Source: Ignavibacteria bacterium (GTDB lineage: Bacteria > Bacteroidota > Ignavibacteria > Tepidaquicellales > Tepidaquicellaceae). From it: a stretch of 28,543 nucleotides of DNA. The notes under the pieces are model-generated. The model searched no databases, was not told where the DNA came from, and saw only the letters and a list, made by a program, of their open reading frames with translations. The DNA lies in NCBI GenBank assembly GCA_041653855.1, contig JBAZEQ010000001.1, positions 1-28,543 on the forward strand, in the 5' to 3' direction. Positions 17,394 through 24,919 of this stretch are shown here, piece by piece. Within the stretch, counting starts at the first letter, position 1. Each line of letters begins with the position of its first letter. Made by a program: the position numbers and the translations under genes.

Positions 17394-17893
17394 AAAAACA
17401 ACTTAACTATTACCAACTTTACTATGCGAAGTATAAAGAAATGGGGGGGCATATTTTAGGTGAACGAAACGGTAATAATTATAAGGTATTAAAGACAATC
17501 ACAATTCCAAATTATGCTAAGAATCCTCGTAATCATTATGAATTACCAAACTTTTTTCAAGTAATAACTAACAAGAAATGTTTAGTAAGTTGGTATAAAA
17601 TTTTAAGAGACATATTAAAAAGTTGGGATAAAAAAGAAAAGAAATTTAAAATAGTTATTTTGGGGGATTGGCATTCGCATATATGTAAAAAACTTATCCC
17701 TTCAGGGGAAGATATAATCACGTCTCAAAAAACAGCAAACATAACGAATAAACTATATGTGCTTGGTATTTGCAGTAGAGATTTAAAGTCAGGGAAAATG
17801 ATATTTAATTTCTACGATTATAAACCAACTAAAGTAAATAAATATTTACCGAAAGATTATAAAAAAAGATTACAAGAAAATGAAAAACAATAA
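17390..17893 (+). CDS. stand-alone JAB/MPN+ (JAMM) metalloprotease
   Basis: EMGGHILG, and GDWHSHICKKLIPSGED matches E..HxH-x7-S-x2-D exactly. Confidence 0.75.
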   Translation: MKKQLNYYQLYYAKYKEMGGHILGERNGNNYKVLKTITIPNYAKNPRNHYELPNFFQVITNKKCLVSWYKILRDILKSWDKKEKKFKIVILGDWHSHICKKLIPSGEDIITSQKTANITNKLYVLGICSRDLKSGKMIFNFYDYKPTKVNKYLPKDYKKRLQENEKQ

Positions 17894-18041
17894 TTGGACA
17901 GAAAAAGCATTTATGGATTGGTGTTATTCTTTAAAACCAAACAAAAAACATTTTCTTAAAAATATACTAAGAAAACTCTATGAATTACTGTAACAATACT
18001 CAAATAGACCCTGCGGTGTGTTCAACAGTTTTCGTTAACCG

Positions 18042-18081
18042 AACTCCATTATTCCTTGCAGGAAGGAATAATACAAGAGTT
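18042..18081 (+). other. hairpin in intergenic region upstream of the small terminase
   Basis: ATTATTCCTT-GCAGG-AAGGAATAAT is a perfect 10-bp stem (18048-18072), extended by AACTC/GAGTT. Confidence 0.5.
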
Positions 18082-18140
18082 TCTAATAAGTTTTCTTTTG
18101 TGAAGGGTTGAATATCCTGCTCATAGATTTATAAAATATA

Positions 18141-18923
18141 ATGGCAAAAACAAAAATAAATAAAAAGAAAATAAATCCTATTGTAAGATTTAAAGGGAAA
18201 GAGAGAACGAACAGTATTCTTTTTGCTAAAAGAGGGACAAAGAAGTTCAAGAAAGGATATAAAATAAATCCTCACGATGCAGGGACTTTTCTTCCGCAAG
18301 CTAAAGTACCTGTTTTAGAGCGACTAAAAACCAATCCGCAGTACAAAGAAAAAATGGAAGAATTTATTGTAGGGATTTATGAAGGAAAAACATTAACTGA
18401 ACTCGGAAAAATTGTAGGGATATCAGCAGTAGCAGTATATAAATGGTTAGCAGATGAAGAATTTCAAAAAACATTTGTTTCGCTAAGACGTGCAGGAGCT
18501 ATAAGTCTTGTACCATCACTTATAAGAAGTGCTAAAGGTGAAGATATACAGGAAACCGAAACAATAACAGAAACTAAAACAGCAAAAGGGAAGACAAAAG
18601 TTAAAAAATATATTACAAGAGTTTATCCGAATCCTGCATCACTTAAATTAGCACTAAATAGTTTTTACCCCGAAGTATTCACAGAACGAACACAAGTAGA
18701 TATGAATACACAAAATGTAAGTGCAGTATTTTTAATCCCATCATCCGGGAACGGAAAAGCAGTATTACCACCACACTTACAAGAAAACATTACCGAAGCA
18801 GATATAAAGAAGTTAAAAGAACTAAATCCGAATGCAATTATTCCCGATGAATTAATACAGCAACTTAAAAACAGAAGCAATGGCGGTAATGGTAATGGTA
18901 ATGGTAACGGAAGCAAAACTTAA
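18141..18923 (+). CDS. putative terminase small subunit
   Basis: HTH GKTLTELGKIVGISAVAVYKWL, helical oligomerisation-like middle, position upstream of terL. Confidence 0.6.
   Translation: MAKTKINKKKINPIVRFKGKERTNSILFAKRGTKKFKKGYKINPHDAGTFLPQAKVPVLERLKTNPQYKEKMEEFIVGIYEGKTLTELGKIVGISAVAVYKWLADEEFQKTFVSLRRAGAISLVPSLIRSAKGEDIQETETITETKTAKGKTKVKKYITRVYPNPASLKLALNSFYPEVFTERTQVDMNTQNVSAVFLIPSSGNGKAVLPPHLQENITEADIKKLKELNPNAIIPDELIQQLKNRSNGGNGNGNGNGSKT
18885..18908 (+). repeat. (GGTAAT)3-GGTAAC microsatellite encoding Gly-Asn tail
   Basis: Directly visible at the 3' end of the putative terS. Confidence 0.85.
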
Positions 18924-18981
18924 TCAAGAAAATAAAATCTCTATAATAAAGTAGAAACTAAAAAAAACGAAAGGATACAAA

Positions 18982-19179
18982 ATGGAACTAAAAGTAAGAT
19001 TCACAAATCCCGACCAAACAGGAGCGGAAGATGGACAAACAGCAGTACAGGAAGCAACAATCAATGTTCCTGATGGAACAACATTGGAAACAGTGCAAGA
19101 TGCGTTGGATAATGCTTTAACACCGTTGACTGATGGCGGTATAAAACCTGTATGGATGTTGCTTTATACACCTGACTAA
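18982..19179 (+). CDS. small acidic protein, possibly beta-grasp-like
   Basis: SD AAGGA upstream. MELKVRF...ATINVPDGTTLETVQDAL pattern. Confidence 0.6.
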   Translation: MELKVRFTNPDQTGAEDGQTAVQEATINVPDGTTLETVQDALDNALTPLTDGGIKPVWMLLYTPD

Positions 19180-19187
19180 AAATCTTT

Positions 19188-19371
19188 AATTTCAAAGAGG
19201 GAACAATTTAAGCACTTGGAACATTTAATTAATTACACATTATTAACTAATAACTCACAAATGAGTAAGTTATTCGCTTAAATCCCGGAAACTACGCAAG
19301 TATGTCAATATTACTTAGGTTGAGGCACAACTACGGAATGAACAACGCAAGGTAGTTCCCCTTTGAAAATT
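19188..19371 (+). ncRNA. candidate structured RNA element
   Basis: TTTCAAAGAGGGAAC pairs with GTTCCCCTTTGAAA (14 bp, 1 bulge) and encloses several internal hairpins. No family recognised. Confidence 0.3.
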
Positions 19372-19385
19372 TAAAAATAAAAATT

Positions 19386-19568
19386 ATGACAATTTTAGAT
19401 AGTTTAGACCCCGACAAACAACTCGCTCGATATAATAAGAAACGTAAAAAATTAGCAATGTTAAAAAAGAAACGTGGGAGTATAAGAAATTATGGAATAG
19501 GCGGAAGTAAAACTGTATTACTTGGAATGAATCATCAATTAAAAAATATACGACTGAGGTATAAATAA
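19386..19568 (+). CDS. small basic hypothetical protein
   Basis: 60 aa, K/R-rich. Confidence 0.5.
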   Translation: MTILDSLDPDKQLARYNKKRKKLAMLKKKRGSIRNYGIGGSKTVLLGMNHQLKNIRLRYK

Positions 19569-19744
19569 TGAGCAAAAAAGATTACGGAAAAAGCACAACA
19601 GAAATAATACTTGAATATAATAAAAAAGAGGAAGAAATATTTCTGAAATGGATTGAAGAATTAAAGCAAAGAGAAACAGATAAATTCTTTATAAGAAAAG
19701 AATTATTAAAAGAAAAAGTTAAAACTTGTGCAGGTAGGATATAA
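19568..19744 (+). CDS. hypothetical protein (58 aa, not in ORF track)
   Basis: TAATG coupling upstream. MSKKDYGKSTTEII...AGRI, ending 3 nt before terL. Confidence 0.55.
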   Translation: MSKKDYGKSTTEIILEYNKKEEEIFLKWIEELKQRETDKFFIRKELLKEKVKTCAGRI

Positions 19745-19747
19745 ATA

Positions 19748-21343
19748 ATGCCGGATTACGTTATTGATTGGAACACTCGTGAACTCAGGATGGTAGTTAA
19801 ACCGCAAAAAGGCGGACAGGAAGAATATTTAAAAATTCCTCTTAATGTATTTGAAGCACTATATTATGGGGATATAGGTTCAGGTAAGAGTTGGAACTTG
19901 GTTATTGACGCATTAGGATTACAATATGAAGGCACGATAGGGAAAAAAGCAATTGACTTTCCGAACTATAAAGGATTTCTATTCCGCAGAACTTCTAAAA
20001 GATTAAACAAATTAGTTGATGAGTGCAAATCGTTCTATGGTTATTATGGCGGAGTATATGCAGGGACCAAACAGAACGAACCGGGAAGTAGTTTTACATT
20101 CCCTTCAGGAGCAAGAGTATTCTTATGTTATATGGAACACGAAAAAGACAAGTTCAACTATCACGGTGAAGAAGCACAATTTATGGGATTTGATGAAATA
20201 ACAGAATTTCTTATAACTCAGTATAGTTTTCTATTTTCAAGATGCAGAAGCACATTACCCGGTATAACTCCACGTATAAGAAGCACTGCAAATGCAATTG
20301 GACTTGGTTTAAAATGGGTAAGAAACAGATTTATATATAAAAATCCAATTGGATTAGTAAAATATTTTCTTCCACCTAAAGACATCGAGAAAGACCCCCG
20401 GGGGCAAGAAGTAAAACAAGGTACTCCGAAATCATTATCGAGGATGATAATTCACGGAAAGATTAATGACAACAAAATATTATTGAATAACGACCCTGAT
20501 TATTTGGATAGAATTTATGCAATGGGAGAGAAATATGTAAAAGCACTATTACAGGATGATTGGTTTGCATTTGAAGGACAGGCATTTGATAAACTATCTC
20601 GTAAAATTCACTTAGCTCAACCTCTTGATATTCCGAAACATTGGAAACGAATTGCAGGATTAGATTATGGAAATGTTGCTGCGTTGGAATGTTTGGCATT
20701 CGACCCGGATACAATAACAAGCAGTAATCCGATGGGAAACGGATATTTCTTCGATGAATGGACATCGGATAACCAGGAGAGAGACACAGAAATTGACAGC
20801 TTAAAATACTACCTAAAAGAAAACGGATTAAAAGACATTACAATTGCATACGATACTGATATGGAAAGTACAGACAGTAAAGTAAAAACAAACAAAACCG
20901 CAGCTTGGTATTTTAAACACGATACAAAATACGGATTCAAATTAAAGATGGTCCCGGTATCAAAAGGAAGAATCGAAACAAATGTAAACTTTAGAATCAG
21001 TTGTAACAGAGAATTTTGGAATAGATTGGATTGGAAGAAAAGCGAAAATGGATTATGGCTTAAAAAACCAAAACTATTCTTTTTAGCAAAAGAAAAATTT
21101 ACAATCCCGGATGAAGCAGTGGCTAAGTGTGATAATCTATTTGAAAGTATGTTTGATTTAATGGATGACCCGAACATTCCCGAAGATATACTTAAACCAA
21201 AAGACGGTGGAGTACCTGACCATCACTACGCAGCAGGTAGATACGCACTTATAACCGGAGTATATCGAGGTGAACTAACCGAAGAACAAGTCAGTGAATT
21301 AGAAGAAGAAAACAGGCAAGACTTTATAGAAAGTGTGGTATGA
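19748..21343 (+). CDS. terL: terminase large subunit
   Basis: YYGDIGSGKS Walker A, GFDEITEF Walker B, RSTAN coupling motif, AGLDYG nuclease Asp, C-terminal DHHYAAGRY. Confidence 0.9.
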   Translation: MPDYVIDWNTRELRMVVKPQKGGQEEYLKIPLNVFEALYYGDIGSGKSWNLVIDALGLQYEGTIGKKAIDFPNYKGFLFRRTSKRLNKLVDECKSFYGYYGGVYAGTKQNEPGSSFTFPSGARVFLCYMEHEKDKFNYHGEEAQFMGFDEITEFLITQYSFLFSRCRSTLPGITPRIRSTANAIGLGLKWVRNRFIYKNPIGLVKYFLPPKDIEKDPRGQEVKQGTPKSLSRMIIHGKINDNKILLNNDPDYLDRIYAMGEKYVKALLQDDWFAFEGQAFDKLSRKIHLAQPLDIPKHWKRIAGLDYGNVAALECLAFDPDTITSSNPMGNGYFFDEWTSDNQERDTEIDSLKYYLKENGLKDITIAYDTDMESTDSKVKTNKTAAWYFKHDTKYGFKLKMVPVSKGRIETNVNFRISCNREFWNRLDWKKSENGLWLKKPKLFFLAKEKFTIPDEAVAKCDNLFESMFDLMDDPNIPEDILKPKDGGVPDHHYAAGRYALITGVYRGELTEEQVSELEEENRQDFIESVV

Positions 21344-21963
21344 TGTTAGAAATAAATAAAATACTTCTTGGCGACTGTTTAGAACTTATGAAGGAAATAC
21401 CTGATAAGTCTATTGATTTGATATTGGCTGACCCTCCGTATGGAATGGGGGAAGATGGAGGAAAATTTCGGGATAGAAAAGGTGGAGGACATAGAATTTT
21501 GGTTAAAAAAGATTGGGATAAGAAAAGACCTGATAAAATTTATTTTAAAGAAATTATTAGAATAAGCAAAAAGCAAATAATATTTGGGGGAAATTATTTT
21601 ACAGATTATTTACCTGTAAGTAGAGGATGGATTTATTGGAGAAAACTTATGGGCGGTGATTTTTCTGATGGTGAATTAGCTTGGACAAGTTTTGATAGAA
21701 CATTGAAAGAATATACATACTGTAATAAATATAAAGGGAAAAACCACCCCACGCAAAAACCTGTTAAACTTTTTGAAATGATTTTAAAAGATTACAGCGA
21801 AGAAGGTCAAACAATCCTTGACCCTTTTAGTGGCAGTGGCACAACTGCAATTGCTTGTCATAATTTAAAACGTAATTTTATTTGCGTGGAAAAAGACCCT
21901 GAATATCATAGAAAAAGTATAGAGAGATACGGAAAACATATTTTACAAGAAAGGATGTTTTGA
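21340..21963 (+). CDS. orphan amino-DNA methyltransferase, beta class (DPPY, probably m6A)
   Basis: ILADPPY, HPTQKP, LDPFSGSGTT in beta motif order. Confidence 0.9.
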   Translation: MMLEINKILLGDCLELMKEIPDKSIDLILADPPYGMGEDGGKFRDRKGGGHRILVKKDWDKKRPDKIYFKEIIRISKKQIIFGGNYFTDYLPVSRGWIYWRKLMGGDFSDGELAWTSFDRTLKEYTYCNKYKGKNHPTQKPVKLFEMILKDYSEEGQTILDPFSGSGTTAIACHNLKRNFICVEKDPEYHRKSIERYGKHILQERMF

Positions 21964-22754
21964 CAAACTATTTGAATAAAATATTAACAGGCAGAGCAGA
22001 AATCGTTTTAAAAGATTTCCCGGACAATTGCATTGATTTGGTTGTTACGTCTCCCCCTTATGATGGTATAAGAAGTTATGAAGGATATATCTTTGATTTT
22101 CCACTGATAGCAGAGCAACTATTCCGAACACTAAAAGTTGGCGGAGTTATTGTGTGGATAGTATCAGATGAAACAACAGACGGGAGCGAATCCTGTACAT
22201 CTTTTAAACAAGCACTGCATTTTAGGTCCCTTGGATTAAAACTTCACGATACAATGATATGGAGAAAATCTTCACCACCGCTTTCTCATAACAGATACGA
22301 ACAGCACTTTGAATATATGTTTGTGTTTAGCAAAGAATACGTAAAGACGTTTAATGCTATCAAAGAACCGAAACTTTATATGGATAACAGAAAAGTTAAA
22401 GATTATAGAAGAAACGTAAAAGAAGGATGTGATAACGGATTTATAGGACAGCAAAAAGATAAAATAAAAGGAAACATTTGGGATATTCCGGTAGGTGGCG
22501 GAATAACTACACCGGATAAAGAAGCATACGAGCATCCTGCTATATTCCCGGACAAACTTGCAAAAGACCATATATACAGTTGGAGTAATGAAGGTGATGT
22601 TGTTTTGGACCCGATGTGTGGAAGCGGAACAGTCCCGAAAATGGCGAAACTTCTACATAGAAACTACATTGGTATAGACATAAGCAAAAAGTATTGTGAG
22701 TTAGCAATTAAAAGAATTAATAAACATAAAATACCAAATGAACTCTTTAGATAA
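21960..22754 (+). CDS. orphan amino-DNA methyltransferase, beta class (SPPY, probably m4C)
   Basis: VTSPPY, HPAIFP, LDPMCGSGT. TTG start overlapping the upstream TGA. Confidence 0.9.
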   Translation: MTNYLNKILTGRAEIVLKDFPDNCIDLVVTSPPYDGIRSYEGYIFDFPLIAEQLFRTLKVGGVIVWIVSDETTDGSESCTSFKQALHFRSLGLKLHDTMIWRKSSPPLSHNRYEQHFEYMFVFSKEYVKTFNAIKEPKLYMDNRKVKDYRRNVKEGCDNGFIGQQKDKIKGNIWDIPVGGGITTPDKEAYEHPAIFPDKLAKDHIYSWSNEGDVVLDPMCGSGTVPKMAKLLHRNYIGIDISKKYCELAIKRINKHKIPNELFR

Positions 22755-22965
22755 TTGTAAGCATTGGAAAAAAGATTCTTTCCTGAAAAACTACGGTACT
22801 TGTAGTAAGAAAACAAATATATGTCAACCCGGCAATACAAGACGAGAACCAATTGCATCAAACGACAGTAGCTTTCAAGGTAGCAGATTAAAATTAAAGA
22901 GAGACTTCAGAGAAATAGAACTCGTAAAAGAAGGTTGTAATTGTATGTATAAAAAAAACACTTGA
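22738..22965 (+). CDS. small Cys-containing hypothetical protein
   Basis: NCKHW...GTC...C...CNC pattern, overlapping the MTase end. Confidence 0.5.
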   Translation: MNSLDNCKHWKKDSFLKNYGTCSKKTNICQPGNTRREPIASNDSSFQGSRLKLKRDFREIELVKEGCNCMYKKNT

Positions 22966-22990
22966 CATTTAATTATGTATATAGTAGATT
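22962..22990 (+). promoter_or_regulatory. sigma70-type promoter
   Basis: TTGACA-N17-TAGATT. Confidence 0.65.
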
Positions 22991-22993
22991 GTA

Positions 22994-23134
22994 GTAGCTG
23001 AAGAAAACAAATGAACCAAAATTTTAAAATAAAATTATCTAAGCACTCTATAAGGAATCAATACAAAGTTCACACATCACAAAAGACTATTGTATTCTTC
23101 AGCAACTTATATGAGTGCTTGGTATTTTAAGGAG
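22994..23134 (+). promoter_or_regulatory. structured 5' leader 2 (A-B-A'-B')
   Basis: A GTAGCTGAAGAAAACAA (22994-23010) matches the reverse complement of A' 23090-23106 at 15/17. B 23029-23054 pairs with B' 23106-23129, abutting SD AAGGAG. Confidence 0.6.
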
Positions 23135-23139
23135 AGAAA

Positions 23140-23499
23140 ATGACATTATTAGAAGAAAGAGAATTAAAAAAGGGGAAAGAATTGGAGAGTGATATTTCGT
23201 CTGCAAAAAAAAGATTAGAAAACGCTCAATTTATTTATTCTTATTGTGTTGAGGATAAATACAATATGTGTAAAAGTAATTACAGCGATAGAATAGATTG
23301 TCCGAATGAGAGGGTGGTGATAAAAGCAGAGAATAGAGATAGCAGCAAGGTTATTTATTTAAAAGATAAAAACATAAGTAAAGTATTTCTTCAGCTTATT
23401 GTTACAAAGTATGAAGAAGAACTTGCAAAACTCGAAAAAGAGTTTGCTGAACTCCCGGCAGAGATAAGTGAAAACAAAGAAGTAGATCCAGATGCCTAA
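23140..23499 (+). CDS. hypothetical protein
   Basis: Strong SD AAGGAG. Coiled-coil ends around a Cys-containing core. Confidence 0.7.
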   Translation: MTLLEERELKKGKELESDISSAKKRLENAQFIYSYCVEDKYNMCKSNYSDRIDCPNERVVIKAENRDSSKVIYLKDKNISKVFLQLIVTKYEEELAKLEKEFAELPAEISENKEVDPDA

Positions 23500-23676
23500 A
23501 ATAAAATATCATTAATAACTAAAGAAGGAGAGAGTATGAAGAAATAAAAAGTTAAAAGTAGAATATTTATCGAAAACTCAGTACAAAGCATTAAACAATT
23601 AAAATATTATAAGCTATGGAGAAGATAAGAAGTCCTACTAAATGAGATAAAAATATAAAAAAAGAACGATAGAACT

Positions 23677-23711
23677 AAATCCCACTACAAATTAATAGTG
23701 GGATTTTTTTT
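23677..23711 (+). terminator. intrinsic terminator
   Basis: AAATCCCACTA-CAAATTAA-TAGTGGGATTT stem followed by a T run. Confidence 0.8.
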
Positions 23712-23862
23712 ATGCGAAAATAAGCAATTTTTGAGGGGGAGAGAGTGGGAGAGGTTAAAATAAGGAATTTTCACAGGAAATAAATTTTGTTAGACAAAAG
23801 ATTTTATTTGATTTATTGATTATTTTTGTAGTATTATTTTATTAATTAAAATATTTACTACA

Positions 23863-24381
23863 ATGAAGAAGTCATTCAGAAATTTCACAATCATTTTTAC
23901 AATACTATTTGTATTGGTTTTAGCATTTATCACATCACAAACAAAAGAAGTAAAGGCAGACCGGCAGACCTCAGCCTGGTTACAAAAACACATCATTGAC
24001 AGTTTGATTACAGGAGATAGTATTCTTGTAATAGACTGTACCTTTCAACAGAACGTAGATTGGTATGATAATGTTGAATTCACTTTAAAAGGGAACGGAG
24101 CAACATCGCAAACCGACAGTGCAGACACAGTAAAAGTATATTCATTTCATACAAACGGAGCAGGAGATACTATCAGGTCAGTTCCGGTAGCAGTCACAAA
24201 CTTAGCAACACTCACACAAACGAAACCGGGAATATTAGCAATAGCAAACGGAACATATTCAAGATTTAAGTTTGAAGGTGATATACATTATTACTATGTT
24301 TTTGTATGGGATAACAAATCATCAAAGAATATAATCATAGATTATGCAATGAAGAAAAGCACATACACAAAGTATTATTAA
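23863..24381 (+). CDS. exported/membrane-anchored beta-rich protein
   Basis: MKKSFRNFTIIFTILFVLVLAFITS signal/TM segment, beta-strand-rich mature part. Confidence 0.75.
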   Translation: MKKSFRNFTIIFTILFVLVLAFITSQTKEVKADRQTSAWLQKHIIDSLITGDSILVIDCTFQQNVDWYDNVEFTLKGNGATSQTDSADTVKVYSFHTNGAGDTIRSVPVAVTNLATLTQTKPGILAIANGTYSRFKFEGDIHYYYVFVWDNKSSKNIIIDYAMKKSTYTKYY

Positions 24382-24493
24382 CAATATTAAGCGGTCCCGG
24401 GAAAAGAGCTAAAAAACTACGCTCATAAATAATCCAGGAGACACGAAAAAAGATAAAGCCATACAATAACATTAGGTAAAAGGAGTAAAAATA

Positions 24494-24910
24494 ATGAAAT
24501 TTCAAAAGTTGTTAATAGTTCTGATGATGCTGATAGCAGTACAAAGCTATTCACAAATCACATTGTATAAGCAGGACACTTTAAGCAAAACACAATCATC
24601 CGTAACATATAATTTAGCAGGGACCTATTACCGGGCAGAGTTATATTGGAAAAGCGACACAGCAATTTACGGAGCAGACACAATCAGGATCGAAAGAATC
24701 GGGGTTGAAGGTGATACCTCGATAGTGTATGGATTGGACAGCAGCAATACAAGAGTAGATTATTTTCTCAATGCAGGAGATAATAAATATAAGAATATTC
24801 GGATTGATGCATTTCTTTCAGAGCGAATAAGAATTGTGTTTAGTAATCTAAATATATATACAAACAAAATACCGTTTGTATTTAAGTTAGTTAAAACAAA
24901 TGTGTATTAG
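24494..24910 (+). CDS. signal-peptide-bearing beta-rich protein
   Basis: SD AAGGAG. MKFQKLLIVLMMLIAVQSYS|Q. Confidence 0.75.
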   Translation: MKFQKLLIVLMMLIAVQSYSQITLYKQDTLSKTQSSVTYNLAGTYYRAELYWKSDTAIYGADTIRIERIGVEGDTSIVYGLDSSNTRVDYFLNAGDNKYKNIRIDAFLSERIRIVFSNLNIYTNKIPFVFKLVKTNVY

Positions 24911-24919
24911 GAGAAAAGA

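Noticed and set aside
17900-19380. tRNA genes in the intergenic gaps
   Set aside because: No cloverleaf with a TTCRA T-loop or acceptor stem was identified.
19556-19750. Repeated TATAAATAATG at two gene junctions
   Set aside because: Short AT-rich stop/start context, explained by translational coupling.
20016-20201. Alternative-frame + ORF inside terL (likewise 27375-27596 inside the portal)
   Set aside because: Fully nested in strong genes, with no SD or motif support.
23733-23756. G-rich purine tract as a G-quadruplex
   Set aside because: It has only two runs of three or more G, which is insufficient for a canonical G4.
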